From the NCBI GenBank assembly GCA_010909165.1, contig MU008156.1, forward strand, positions 186,001 through 250,000: DNA of 64,000 bases. Direction: 5' to 3'. The stretch is from Anthoceros angustus. Lineage: Eukaryota > Plantae > Anthocerotophyta. Of the stretch, positions 1-11,591 are shown piece after piece. The translations under genes and the position numbers were made by a program. How positions within the stretch are numbered: position 1 is the stretch's first letter; every line of letters starts with the position of its first letter. The notes under the pieces were generated by a model. That model ran no database searches and was not told where the DNA came from. It saw only the letters and a list, made by a program, of their open reading frames with translations.

Positions 1-785
1 TAATGTATGGTATAATTACCAAAATCCCTCGATAAGGGGTCGATAAGGGTACTTTTTTATTACACTTAAATTACATCACATAGCAAGTTTACACCTGTAA
101 ATTTGGTAAAAATATATGGCATATATAATTTACATAATATATATAATAAATCTATAATAAATATTTCAAGTAAACATGCATAAAAATAAACTTATAAGCT
201 CAAAATGGAGGTAGATTATTGTTTCCACTATTCTTCTCTTGAGACGTAGACTCCCCTTCTTCATTGTCCTCCATTTCAGTGGACATCTTCCATGCCAGTT
301 GAACCACTTGTGTAATGATGTACGGTATAAATATGGTATAGGTATGGTATATAATTAGGTATAAATATGGTGTACAATCACAGTATATGGATAGGCTCGT
401 AAGTGGAGTAAGCCGCAGATGTTATGATGGTGCTGAATGACACTTCACATACTATGTACGGTAAGATGGCCATCATATAACGGAGACCCTTGGGCAAAGG
501 GGTAGCTTGTCTGGTCCTCACAACTTGTATAGGTTTAAGACTTTATAAGTATGCTATCTGATCCTCCCAATCTCTTGCTGCAATAGTAGCATTGTGCCGT
601 TTTAACACTCTGTTGGTATAATAGACACAAATAAGCATACCAACACTCTCCACCATATACAGTTCTTGCTCTATTATCACGCTAGCCATGTCTCCATGTG
701 CTCCAGTTTCCTTCCCCTCCGATTACACTTTCCCCTCCGGTTGTTGGAGGAATGTTCAACAACTTCGTTCCTACATCTCCAAGTT

Positions 786-865
786 GTGGACATTCCTCTC
801 TATATGCTTCCCACCATTCGATTGGAGATGTGGACATTCCTCTCTATATGCTTCCCACCATTCGA
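786..865. repeat. ~43-bp direct repeat, 2 copies (TGTGGACATTCCTCTCTATATGCTTCCCACCATTCGA) in AT-rich, probably TE-derived sequence
   Basis: The same 37-mer is visible at ~785 and ~829. Confidence 0.8.
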
Positions 866-1057
866 AACTGTCATACACTAGCCTGTCTTAGAAATGCATC
901 TCTTCTTCAATGCACAACTTACCAAGTCTAAGACGATAGTGATTGAATTGCAACAAACCACAACGAACTTCTCTAATATTAGGTGCCAAATGCTTCATAA
1001 CCTGATGACTTTTAATCTATCCGTTGATGAAGTTCTAGGCAACAACAAAAAAAAGCT

Positions 1058-1220
1058 ATCATGCCAACCATATTTCTCGGAAAAGCCTATCACAGCAGCA
1101 ATAAAGCCAATCATGCCAGCCATATTTCTCGGAAAAGCCTATCAATCATGCCAGCCATATTTCTCGGAAAAGCCTATCACAACAGCAATAAAGCCAATCA
1201 TGCCAACCATATTTCTCAAA
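1058..1220. repeat. Minisatellite, 4 imperfect copies of TCATGCCA(A/G)CCATATTTCTCGGAAAAGCCTATCA
   Basis: Copies at ~1059, 1111, 1146 and 1198. Confidence 0.85.
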
Positions 1221-1639
1221 AAAGTCTCCTTCATGCCGCCACCATCTGCATAAGCCACACTCGCAAGTGTGCCAAAGCTATTTGCGCTTCCGTCTATCTT
1301 GCATTAGAAGGGTCTATCTTACCTTATCTTACTACTATAATTACTATAATAATAGAATATTATAAAATACATATTCTATTTTACATACACACATAATTTT
1401 ACAATAAGTAGATAATTACATGTGATGTAATTACATTATTTTATTATCGTAAATGTAACTGTAAAATATTATTTTATCTTATAGTAGTGATTAACTATGG
1501 GTCTTACCCGTGATACTCCCAAGCCCATCTCTCCCAAATCAATCTTGGTGCTTGCACGGACATAAGGGAGAAGAAGAAGAAGAAGAAATATTTTATTCAA
1601 ATCCAATAAGGACGGATTTCTGTCATGGGACTTGGTACT

Positions 1640-1750
1640 TAACATGGTGTGCCTAAGCTGCTTGGGCATCCACTCCCTTTAGGCACACCATCTAAGTACC
1701 GATCTAAGCACAGGATGCTTAATCACGACGTTTTCTTATAAATGTGTCCA
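1640..1750 (+). repeat. Dispersed repeat, probably a non-autonomous TE end; second copy at ~34600-34752
   Basis: CATGGTGTGCC.AAGCT.CTTG..GGGCATCC.CT.CCTTTA.GCAC..CAT.TAAGTACC..TCTAAGC...GGATGCTTAAT...CTTATAAATGTGT is shared by both loci. Confidence 0.65.
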
Positions 1751-2243
1751 TTATACCTCTGCCATTTGGACGGCAGAAGCAGACGCAAATACATAGCTGC
1801 ATCGTCAGCCCACATGATCAAACCACCCTAACGCATTAATGTCAAGAAAAGTGCGAACGTGCCCGGTGTCCCAAACCGGTACGCCATATGAAACTTGGCA
1901 ACCTGTGGAGAAAAATGTATGAGCTGCAAAGATATACGAGAGTGCACGTCCACCACGCACTTGGCTTTACTCAGTGGGGAAATAAATGAGCACCAGGGAA
2001 ACGTAGGCTGCGGTACTCGCTGGAATGCCTGCCGCGCAAGTCCGAGTCCGCACGATCTCACCGCTGCCCGCGGACATGCGTTGCGCCGGGCCTTGCTTCA
2101 CTCTGTTGCCGGAGCAGGAGCAGGAGCAGGAGCAGGTGAAGGTGGTGCGGGGCTGTGCCTCTGGCCACAGCACGTCCTCAGGGTTTCAATTCACGAGGGA
2201 AGGACATCGGCGGGGCCAATTCGGAAGAGGTTAGGATCACCCC

Positions 2244-3745
2244 ATGGCCATGGCTGTGGCCAGGGCGGGGCCTGCTGCAGCTCCTGCCATTGCCAACTCC
2301 GCCTCCGGGAGATTGCATATTGACTGTCCGAGACCGGAGCGAATCCGAGCCTATTCATGCCACCTTGCGGCAGGCTCCTCCTTAAGAGGCGGGAGGGCAG
2401 GCCCTGCATGGAGAGTTGCGTGCGAGGCCACTAACAGCGGTGATTATGATAGCCTTAACAAACTTGCGGAGGAGACCAAGAGGAAGGCGGCAGACGCTGC
2501 CAAGGCGTTCACGTCCAAAGCTGAGGAGGTGCTCAACGATGCCAAGCGGAAAGCTATAGAGTTCCAGGACACCAATGACTTGAAAGGGAAAGCAGCTAAA
2601 GCTGCGAGGCAAGCCAATCAGAGGCTGGAAGAGCTCGGGTATGATGTCAGGAAGCAGGCTGTTAGATGGGATCGGGAATACGGTTTTTCGGAAAAAGCTC
2701 AGCGGGCTAGGGAGTTCGCGCAGGAGCAGGCGCAGAATGTGGACAAGGACTTGAACCTTCGTCAAAGATTGCGCAACTTCCGATCTGAATTTCAATTGAA
2801 GTGGCCAAGGGTAGGTAATTCATCCCTGAAATTTGCTAGCTGTGGATGGTTGGGCAGCTGGTGGTGCACTCTGCATTTAGGTTTCTGGAGAGTGGTACGT
2901 GTTTGGAGTTGTTTGTTCAGCTGGCAAATAGGCCACCACGGCTGGGTATTCTCACCATGGTGAATTCTCTGCATAGGATTAAGGTGAGGTGTGCGCTGGA
3001 GAAGGGAGTAGATTCCAGCTGTTTTGCAAACATGTACATGAGTGTCTGGCTGAAGCTTGCCTGTGGAGTGTCAATGTTTCTCTGTTCCCTCCACGCTCAT
3101 AGCGTTTGTGTGAACGTCGTTATGCACATCCTTGTGTCTTCATTGAAAGCGGGGTCTTAGTAGGTTTTGAGTTGTTGTCAGTCGCTGAGGTGGAACGCTG
3201 GCGTGTGCAGTATAGGAGACAGATCAACAATTTTCTGGACACATCTGTCGGGAAAGCAGTTGCTGTAAGTAACACCCCCAACACCCTCATCCTTCGTCAA
3301 GTTATGGTACTTGAGTTGTTCACACTGTCCTGCTTCTCGGGGGTCGAACGATAACCAAGTTTTCTCTTCCCCTGCAGACGTTGTTGTTTGCGTGGTTTGT
3401 TCTCTCTGGCTGGTTCTTTAGGCTCTTTTTCTACTCCGTCTGGCTTCTCCCTCTTGCGGCTCCACTGCTTATCGGGTCCCTCTCGAGAAATCTAATCGTG
3501 GAGGTCAGGAACTCACAGCTTGTCTTCTACTAGACTGCAGTCCTGGATATGGAATAAGCTTGCTAACACTGTTCCTCTTCCGGCAGGGATCTTGCCCTGC
3601 TTGCGGTACGAGGTACGTTGGCGGTCGAAATCAGGTGGTTGTTTGTCAACGGTGCCGAGGGGTAGTTTGGCAACCACGGCAGGATTTCTCGAAGGACAAA
3701 AGCGCCGACCCAACTATTATCGACATCGATCTGGACCAAAAGTAG
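2244..3745 (+). CDS. Plastid-targeted membrane protein with C-terminal CxxC..CxxC Zn-ribbon (At2g44870-like); 4 exons ~2244-2810, 3211-3264, 3378-3503, 3587-3745
   Basis: Transit-peptide-like N-terminus. GT-AG splicing joins ...LKWPR|YRRQINNFLDTSVGKAVA|TLLFAWFVLSGWFFR...|GSCPACG...CQRCRGVVWQP...IIDID. Family recalled from memory. Confidence 0.8.
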
Positions 3746-3908
3746 GACTCTTCGGTAGTCTGTACTTCCAATTGTGTATCAATATCATTTGCCACGAATT
3801 TGTTGGGGCTGATTATGTTGAGAGAGTTGAGCGTCTGTGCCCCCACAACACCTAATAAGACACTAGTTCAGCTAACCGTCGTTGTCAGGCAGGTAAGTCG
3901 TAAAGCTT

Positions 3909-5219
3909 TCAGCCTGTCAAGTAGGCCTTTGTCTGCTCATTGGGGATGCATCCATTCTGCTGCATCTCCCTCACCAAGTCCTTCGCCTTCCCTAACCGCC
4001 CGTCTTTGCAGTAGAGTTTCACCAGGATGTTATAGATATCAAGGGTTGGTGAAAAACCGTCAGCCTTCAATTTTTTAAACATCTTGGATGCCTTAGGCAC
4101 ATCCTCCAACTCCCCTAACACGCCCATGACAACCTGGTAGCCCATGAGGTCCAGAGAACAGCTTGCCTGCTCCATCTCCCACACCACAGCAGCAGCCTCC
4201 CTGTGCTTTCCAGCCCTGGCGCGAGCAGAGATGAGGCAAGTGTACATAATCACATTCGGCTTCCTGCCTCTCGCCTTGTAGATATCAAAGAGGTTCTCTG
4301 CTGCTTCGAGCAAGCCAACCTTGCTGCAGGCCGCCATGGCGGCAGAGCATTCCTCCAGCTTCAAATCCACACTCTTCTCCTTCATCCTGCCCAGCAGATC
4401 CTCCACCAGACTTCGAGACTTTAACCTGCTGGCCTCCGCAATCAGCTTCCCGTAAACAAGAGCAACCTCGGAAGCCGTACCAACCAATTCAAGCCTGTCC
4501 AACGCCTTGATAGCACTCTCCACCATGCCAGCTTCCGCCAAAGCAATGGCCAGAGACTGAGACACCAATGCAGGATTCTGCTGCGCAGATTGCGCGAGCT
4601 TGCAAGCTGTCTTCACATCACCAGCCTGGACCATCACCTGGATCACAGCCCGCAGAGCCGTATCATTGAGGACAAGCAGCGAATTGTCTTGCAGCCACAC
4701 AAAAACCTCGCAAGCCCGGCTTGCCAGCCTCATCTTCTGGCCCAGCTCACGAATAAGCCGAGCCTGTTCAAACCATCTCAACCGGTGCAGATTCCTGCAC
4801 AGCAACTCTCCCACGCCCACTCCATCTGGCAAATCCCGGATGCGGCCCGCTATAGCAGCTACATGATCCTCCGGCTCACCAGCTTCCGGGCCTGCTTTCA
4901 CCTGAGGCCGTCGCCGTCGCCGTTGCTTGGGGCGTGGCAGCCCCTCCGGCCTCTTGAGATTGTGCGGCATGGTTGCAGGCAATTTCCGATCATCCTCCGG
5001 CTTGGGAACAGACGCAACGGATTCAAAGAAACCCACACCATCTTCCTCTTTGCGGCTAGCTTCCAAGGCCTCGTTCGATCGAGCTTGCGTGGTTGCGAGT
5101 GTGGCCTGGCCCTGCGCCAGGCTGCGGGGACAACGAACTCCTTTATGCTTGTTGCTTCCGACACTGATGGCAACGGAAACCGACAGATTGGCCCAGTGCC
5201 AGTTCTTCAATGTACACAT
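3909..5219 (-). CDS. P-class pentatricopeptide repeat protein (possibly At2g01860/EMB975-like)
   Basis: Intronless ORF with ~5-6 P motifs (e.g. KPNVIMYTCLISARARAGKHREAAAVVWEM, SPTLDIYNILVKLYCKDGRLGKAKDLVREM). First ATG at 5219; the ORF-track start at 5354 is a TTG. Confidence 0.85.
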   Translation of the reverse strand: MCTLKNWHWANLSVSVAISVGSNKHKGVRCPRSLAQGQATLATTQARSNEALEASRKEEDGVGFFESVASVPKPEDDRKLPATMPHNLKRPEGLPRPKQRRRRRPQVKAGPEAGEPEDHVAAIAGRIRDLPDGVGVGELLCRNLHRLRWFEQARLIRELGQKMRLASRACEVFVWLQDNSLLVLNDTALRAVIQVMVQAGDVKTACKLAQSAQQNPALVSQSLAIALAEAGMVESAIKALDRLELVGTASEVALVYGKLIAEASRLKSRSLVEDLLGRMKEKSVDLKLEECSAAMAACSKVGLLEAAENLFDIYKARGRKPNVIMYTCLISARARAGKHREAAAVVWEMEQASCSLDLMGYQVVMGVLGELEDVPKASKMFKKLKADGFSPTLDIYNILVKLYCKDGRLGKAKDLVREMQQNGCIPNEQTKAYLTG

Positions 5220-5362
5220 CCTTGGTGAAGGAGTGGAAGGGAAGAAGGCTCTGCGGAGTGGAAGAACATCGCAAAATATGACATCAAGTCTTAAACAACA
5301 CACATCTGATGATTGGTTTGTCCAACCAGTGCAATTATGCAGCAAATGCCGCAAGCAGTCTC

Positions 5363-8300
5363 CTATGCTACAAACTCTACCGCCTTCAGCTCCGAGTATA
5401 TCTCTCTCAGGAGCGTGTACAGTTGACGGTGTTTTCGGTCTTCTACCATGAATGTATGCACCTCATCGTCATGCTCAATCCAGCTCTGTCCAGGCTTCTT
5501 CAATGCTCCTGCCCTCTGCCACAGCTCATCGATTTCCTTTGCACGGTCCCACTGGCCAGCATGGGCGTACAAGTTTGACATGAGCACGTAGGGAGAAGCT
5601 TGTTCTGGCTCCAAGGCCACAGCGCACTGAAATGCACGTCTTCCTAGTACTACATTACCATGTTTCCGGCAGGCACTCAGCAGGCATAACCACAAAGCCC
5701 AGTTGGGCTGCATTGGCATTTTTGAGAGCAGATTTTCTGCTTCGCTGAAGAGACCAGCACGGCCGAGGAGATCAATCATGCAAACATAATGCTCCACCTC
5801 TGGACTGATGCCATGGTCTCTGGCCATATTTTGGAAGTACTCCACGCCCTTGTCCACCATGCCGCCATGACTGCAAGCGGATAAGAGTGCCAGAAGTGTG
5901 ACTTTGTTTGGTTTCGTGCCTGCCGTGCACATCTTCTCGAAACAGCGGATGCTCTTGTCACCAGCTCCCTGGCGGGCATACCCGGCGACCAGAGCCGTCC
6001 AGGAAACCACGTCTGGCTCAGGCAGTGAGTCGAACACGTACTGGGCATCCATCATGCTTGCACATTTGCCGTATGCATGAATCAGACTGGTGGCCACTGG
6101 GAGTCTGCATTCTAAGTCACTCTCCACGATGCTCCGATGGATATGCCTGCAAGTGTCTAAGGCTCCAGTGTTGCCACATGCTTCTAGTACGCAAAGAAAT
6201 GAAGCCTCGTCCAGGGTAAATCCATGCTCTTGCACTTGTTTGTAGAGCTGCAAAGCATTCCCCCATTGGCCCTGCTGGGAGTATGCTGAAATCATGGCAT
6301 TCCACGACACCACATCTCGATGCGGTAATGCATCAAACACTTTTCGAGCATCGATGATGCTCCCACACCTTGCATACATGGAGACCAAAGTGTTCCCAAC
6401 AAATACATCTGCCGCAAAACCTCTAGCTTCAGCTTCAGCATGTATCTCCCTACCTTTTGTTAAGGCGTTCAATTTCACAGTCTGTCCCTGAACACGTGCA
6501 GTCGGCTCTTTTTCAGCAATGGTGCCACATGCTTGCAGCGTGCTGACAAAAGTCCGGGCATCAGCACAGATCCCTCTCGCTAGCATTTGCTGATAAGTCT
6601 CCAAGGCGCTTGCTCCCTGATCCTCCTGAACATACGCTGCGATCATGGCATTCCATGACACAACATCTTGACATGACAAACCTTGAAACGCATTTCGTGC
6701 TTCCCTGATGCTTCCACACTTGGTATATGTGCCAATCAAAGTACTGAGAACATGAACGTCCACTTCCCTTCCACCGGCGTCAGCATGTATTTCTTTCGTC
6801 CATTGCAGTGAATCCACTTTAACAAGATGCCCATGGACAAGTACACCTTCCTCCCTTTCTGCAAGGGTGCCACATGCTTGAAGAGCACTGACAAAAGTCC
6901 AAACATCTGGCCTGACTCCTTCCTGTTGCAATTGTCTGTAGACCTGCAAAGCAACTTCTCCTTGACCCTGCTCAGTGTATGCTGCAATCATAGACGTCCA
7001 GGACACTACATCTCTGTGACACAATCTGTCAAACACCTCTTGCGCATCCTTGATTCTCTGGCACTTTGCATACATGCGAATCAAGGCCCTAGAAACAAAG
7101 ATGTCTGACTCAAACCCCCTGGCAGCAGCTTCTGCATGTATTATATGGCCTTTATGCAGCGACTCCGCTTTAAGATTGTGCCCATCCAGAGGTGTATCTT
7201 GTTCTTTTTCTGCAAGTATGCAACATGCTTGGAGAGCGCTGACAATCATTCGAGCATTTGGTGTGACACCTTCATCATGGACTTGCCAATATATCTTCAA
7301 CGCCTGTTCTGCTTGCTCCTGCTGAACACATGCTGCAATTATGGCATTACAGGTTACCACATCTCGGTGAGACATTGAGTCAAACACCTGTTGCGCATCC
7401 CTGATGCTCCCACACTTAGCATACATGCTGACCAAAGTGTTGGCAATAAATACATCAGAGTCAAAGTGTCTAGAGGCAGCTTCAGCATGTATCTTCTTCC
7501 CCCTCTGCAGAGACTTTATTTTGATATGTTGCCCATCCACAAATGCTTTTTCCTCCTGTTCTGAAAGGCTGCCACATGCTTGAAGGGCACTGACATAGGT
7601 CCGGGCATCTGGTCTGATTCCTTCCTCGTGCATTTGCTTAAATATCTTCAAGGCCAGGACCCCTTGACTCTGCTGAGCATATGCTGCAACAAGTGCAGTC
7701 CATGACACTACGTCACGGTGGGACAATTTGTCAAACACTTGCTGTGCATCCATTACGCTTCCACACTTTGCATACAGACTAACCAATGAGTTACCAACAA
7801 ACATGTCCGATTCAAAACCCCTGGCAGCAGCTTCCTGGTGTAGTTGCTTGCCTCTTTGAAGCAACCCGTCCATCACCTTCCGTCCCTGCTCAGTCGCAGT
7901 TTCCTGCTTCTCTGCAAGGGTGCCACATGCTTGTAGTGCACTGACCAAGGTACGAGCATTAGGCCTCACTCCCTCCGCCTTCATTCTGGCATATATCTGC
8001 AAGGCCATTTCTCCTCGGTCCTGCTGAGCATATGCTGCCATCATTGAATTCCAAGACACTACATCACGATTAGATAGAGCGTCGAAGACCTGTTGCGCAT
8101 CCACAATGCTACCACACTTCGCGTACATGCTAACCAAACTGCTGCCAATAAACACATCTGACTCATACCCATGTTTCAGGATAGCTGCATGGATCTGCTT
8201 GCCCTTCTCCAGGTCCTCCGACCTGCTGCATGCTTTCAGTAGGCCGACAAATGTGTATGTGTTTGGATGCACACCTTCCCTCTGCATCTGTTCATAGCAT

Positions 8301-8722
8301 GACATGGCCTCCTGACATTTTCCAGCGTCGCCATACCCTGAAATTATGCATGTCCAAGAAAAAACAGTTCGGTGTGCCAATCTTTGAAATACGTGGAGCC
8401 CATCCTCAAAACCTCCACAGCTAATCAAGGTGCTGACCACAAAGTCAAGCAGAAAGCTGTCCGACTCCAATCCATGATTTGCCAAATGAGAATGCACCCT
8501 CTTGGCCTCAGCAAGAGACTTCTTCCTTATGCATGCCTGCAAAAGATTTTTGTAAGTCCGGACTGAAGGGACATTGCCCTCTTTGTCCATGCGAAGAAGG
8601 ACCTCCAGTGCCTTGTGGAGCTGGCCATCCTTACACAGACTCGCTAGTTTACGATCGTCCCTGCCAATCCAAGGAGCCCACAAATGAGTTTGGCCCACAG
8701 CAGGCATCAGCATGTCAAGCAT
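5363..8722 (-). CDS. PLS-class PPR RNA-editing factor, E1/E2/E+ type without a DYW deaminase; contains long L motifs
   Basis: 1119-aa intronless ORF of P-L-S triplets (DVVSWN.., MYAKCGS..). E domain (HYVCMIDLLGRAG..LLSACRKHGNV) and PG box KKPGQSWIE are followed by a stop; no HSE/CxDCH. Confidence 0.95.
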   Translation of the reverse strand: MLDMLMPAVGQTHLWAPWIGRDDRKLASLCKDGQLHKALEVLLRMDKEGNVPSVRTYKNLLQACIRKKSLAEAKRVHSHLANHGLESDSFLLDFVVSTLISCGGFEDGLHVFQRLAHRTVFSWTCIISGYGDAGKCQEAMSCYEQMQREGVHPNTYTFVGLLKACSRSEDLEKGKQIHAAILKHGYESDVFIGSSLVSMYAKCGSIVDAQQVFDALSNRDVVSWNSMMAAYAQQDRGEMALQIYARMKAEGVRPNARTLVSALQACGTLAEKQETATEQGRKVMDGLLQRGKQLHQEAAARGFESDMFVGNSLVSLYAKCGSVMDAQQVFDKLSHRDVVSWTALVAAYAQQSQGVLALKIFKQMHEEGIRPDARTYVSALQACGSLSEQEEKAFVDGQHIKIKSLQRGKKIHAEAASRHFDSDVFIANTLVSMYAKCGSIRDAQQVFDSMSHRDVVTCNAIIAACVQQEQAEQALKIYWQVHDEGVTPNARMIVSALQACCILAEKEQDTPLDGHNLKAESLHKGHIIHAEAAARGFESDIFVSRALIRMYAKCQRIKDAQEVFDRLCHRDVVSWTSMIAAYTEQGQGEVALQVYRQLQQEGVRPDVWTFVSALQACGTLAEREEGVLVHGHLVKVDSLQWTKEIHADAGGREVDVHVLSTLIGTYTKCGSIREARNAFQGLSCQDVVSWNAMIAAYVQEDQGASALETYQQMLARGICADARTFVSTLQACGTIAEKEPTARVQGQTVKLNALTKGREIHAEAEARGFAADVFVGNTLVSMYARCGSIIDARKVFDALPHRDVVSWNAMISAYSQQGQWGNALQLYKQVQEHGFTLDEASFLCVLEACGNTGALDTCRHIHRSIVESDLECRLPVATSLIHAYGKCASMMDAQYVFDSLPEPDVVSWTALVAGYARQGAGDKSIRCFEKMCTAGTKPNKVTLLALLSACSHGGMVDKGVEYFQNMARDHGISPEVEHYVCMIDLLGRAGLFSEAENLLSKMPMQPNWALWLCLLSACRKHGNVVLGRRAFQCAVALEPEQASPYVLMSNLYAHAGQWDRAKEIDELWQRAGALKKPGQSWIEHDDEVHTFMVEDRKHRQLYTLLREIYSELKAVEFVA

Positions 8723-9565
8723 CAGCAGCCATCAACCTGAAAGAAGCCCATACCGTCGGTAAGTCCCAGCAGTTGTAGACGTATGAGCCTGCCTATCCCC
8801 AACTCCCAGCTGAGAAGTACGTAACCCTGCTGGCTGGGAATTCACCACAGGCCTCTCTCGCCTGAAGCCAGGATGGCCGGGGACAATCTGTGCAGATAAA
8901 CGCACAGTGCCACACCGACCTTCCAGAAAGAGACTCATTTCTATCCCACATATTTCGCAGCAACATTGCGTGCATTGATCACCAGGCCTCCTGTTGGCCT
9001 TCCTTCTTCATAGCCACTGCAGCTGCTGTAGATGTGACTACCCTGGGAAAGATATACTTCCGACCAGCTCTTCAGTGCAAGAGTAACAAGCAAACAGTAT
9101 TGAAAGCAGGCCACGCAATGACAGTATTACGTCACGGGCAGTCCGGGTAATCGGATTCCACGGGACCCTCTGGCATCCAGCACAAAATCGAGGCAACCAG
9201 TACACAATACGCTATCTCGCAATGAATCTAGCCGCTTGGTGGGTGACAGGCTGGGAATCCGACAGTAACGATAGTCAGTGGCGATGTTTCCTATGCCGGA
9301 CCCCGATCTGATCTGTTTGACTGTCTGTACGCTTTTCTTTGATGCGGCAGTGATGTGGGTCAGAAGCGCAGACATTCGGGATCCTCCCTGTGCACTGCGT
9401 CAGGCCCGCTTTCTAATGATGAAAATGCTTGGCGGTGAAGGAGCCCACAAGGTGGTGGCAGATGCTCAGCAGTCATGCGGGTAAGTTTACTTCTGATGAC
9501 TGTGGAACGTGATGCAGGTGATGGCTGTTTGGGCGATGAAGAAGAAGTGAGGAACAAGAATCGTC

Positions 9566-10771
9566 ATGGCTCTGCCACTTGAAGATTGCTGGGATGCGCT
9601 GTGCATTCTGCCAGGGCTCCCCAATTCCGTGGCGTTGCACTGCCTTGCCAGGGTGCCGCGCAGCCAGTACCCGAAGCTCAAGGCTGTGTCTCGCATCTGG
9701 CGACGAGCGCTTTCGTGCAGGGATATCTATGGCGTCCGCAGGGAGCTGGGTTGTACAGAGGCCTGGATCTACCTGTCCTTCGCTCCTCGCACAGGCTTGC
9801 CTGCCAGAAACTGGTTCGAGGCCTACGATCCTGCCATGAAACTGTGGAATTTCATCTGTAGGATGCCTGGGTTGGAGGATGCTGAGACGCTCAAGGATTT
9901 TGCCTGCGTCGGCGTGCAAGGGAGGCTGTATGTGCTTGGAGGGCGTGTGAGCGTCCAATTCCCATCTGCTTCCGGGGGCAGCAAGACTCGGATTAGGAGT
10001 GATGTGTACATGTACGACTGCATCTGCGGCACATGGACCAAATGCTCCAGCATGTCAGCTGCTCGCGTGGATTTTGCCTGCAGCGTGTGCAACGGCTTGA
10101 TCTACGTTGCAGGCGGACGAAGCCAACTTGGGCATGAGAAGGGAGTGGCCAGTGCAGAGGTGTATGACCCAGACAGAGACTGCTGGACCACACTTCCCAA
10201 AATGAGCTCTGGAAGGTATAAGTGCGTCGGAGTGACACTCAACAGCAAGTTCTATGTCATCGGAGGCTTCACCTCGTCAGGCAACAGCGAAGGCCACGAG
10301 ACTGTGGATGTGTTTTCCTGGAACCGAAGTTCTGTGGAGATTTATGAACCACGCTTGAAGCAATGGGTGTTTGTCAAGGGAATGTGGCAGCTTGATATCC
10401 CTCCTTATCAGGTGGTGAACCTGGAAGGTGAGCTCTATAGCTCAGGAGACCTGTTGAACTCCTGGAAAGGCTGCATTGAGCTCTATGACGAGCTTTTGAA
10501 CATGTGGAAAGCCGTGGGAGGGTCACGACGACGGCTGCGTGAAGATCTGGAATATCAGAATCCCCGGAGGTATGTCACCATGGCGGCTATTGGGAAGCAG
10601 CTATACTTTCTTGGAGGTTACTGCAATTGCGACCATGAACCATATTGTCTGGACACTGTGAGCATTTTCAGCACCACTACGGGGGAGGTGGCTGGTAATT
10701 GGCAGCCCCTTCCACCTGTGCAGAAACCGTGCAGGGAGTTGTGTAGCCCTTGCTGCGTAGTTGATGCTTGA
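9566..10771 (+). CDS. F-box/Kelch-repeat protein
   Basis: N-terminal LPGLPNSVALHCLARVP F-box; kelch repeats (GRLYVLGG, GLIYVAGG, KFYVIGG, QLYFLGG); intronless, 401 aa. Confidence 0.93.
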   Translation: MALPLEDCWDALCILPGLPNSVALHCLARVPRSQYPKLKAVSRIWRRALSCRDIYGVRRELGCTEAWIYLSFAPRTGLPARNWFEAYDPAMKLWNFICRMPGLEDAETLKDFACVGVQGRLYVLGGRVSVQFPSASGGSKTRIRSDVYMYDCICGTWTKCSSMSAARVDFACSVCNGLIYVAGGRSQLGHEKGVASAEVYDPDRDCWTTLPKMSSGRYKCVGVTLNSKFYVIGGFTSSGNSEGHETVDVFSWNRSSVEIYEPRLKQWVFVKGMWQLDIPPYQVVNLEGELYSSGDLLNSWKGCIELYDELLNMWKAVGGSRRRLREDLEYQNPRRYVTMAAIGKQLYFLGGYCNCDHEPYCLDTVSIFSTTTGEVAGNWQPLPPVQKPCRELCSPCCVVDA

Positions 10772-11591
10772 AAGCCCGGCCATGTGCGTTCGCACCACCA
10801 GGCAAGTAGAGACATGATACTGTACATGTCATGTAAATATTAGTGATAACATTGCAAAGGCATTTATACTCATGGTGTACATTCTGAATGAACCCTGCAG
10901 CCAAAACAATACCACGCCTCATCCAAAACACATGGTGGTTGAAGACAAGCTTCATCGTTTTACTCCATCCAATCTGGCGGAACCCTGGACCAAATTCTGG
11001 TAGAAACCTCGCATTACGAGAAACGAGTTTTGCACAGTGGAAAGAATGGGAGCTGGACCACCTTTATAGATCAACGTTATACATACGTAGAAAGAAGATA
11101 TTTAATCAAGCTAGGAAAATTATCCATTGGCAAAGGCAGCTTGCCTATACACTAACCCGCGTCCAAGCTTTCTCCTACTGAGGCTGCCAGATAGACGTGC
11201 TTCTTGGACCTGCCAGATCCCGTCTTTCGTGCACTCCACCCTCTTCCGTGAGGCGCATTGTGCACACATACGCCTTGCCTCCCTCGAGGAGGAAGGCGTT
11301 TGCATCATGAAACCGTAACAATACAAAAGTATATACAGAGACTTTGAATGCACACTACAGTCAATGGTCAAGGAGACTGATTAGAAGAGAAAATTTCGGG
11401 CTGGGACGAGGCCATGGAGAGAGGAGCTTCCTAGCTTCCGTCATCCTGGGCTCCACGAGCTCAGCATCATCGACAGCCCTGCTCTTCTGGTCCTCAACAC
11501 TCATACCTGCTTGCGTATGTGTCATCGTTGTCTGTGCTGGACCAGAAGCTAACCTTGACAAGCATGAGTGATAAGTGATCGCTTGAACTGG

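Noticed and set aside
5220-5362. Possible DYW domain hidden after the PLS-PPR stop codon (readthrough or edited stop)
   Set aside because: The downstream in-frame sequence has no HSE/CxxCH/DYW-like motifs and soon stops.
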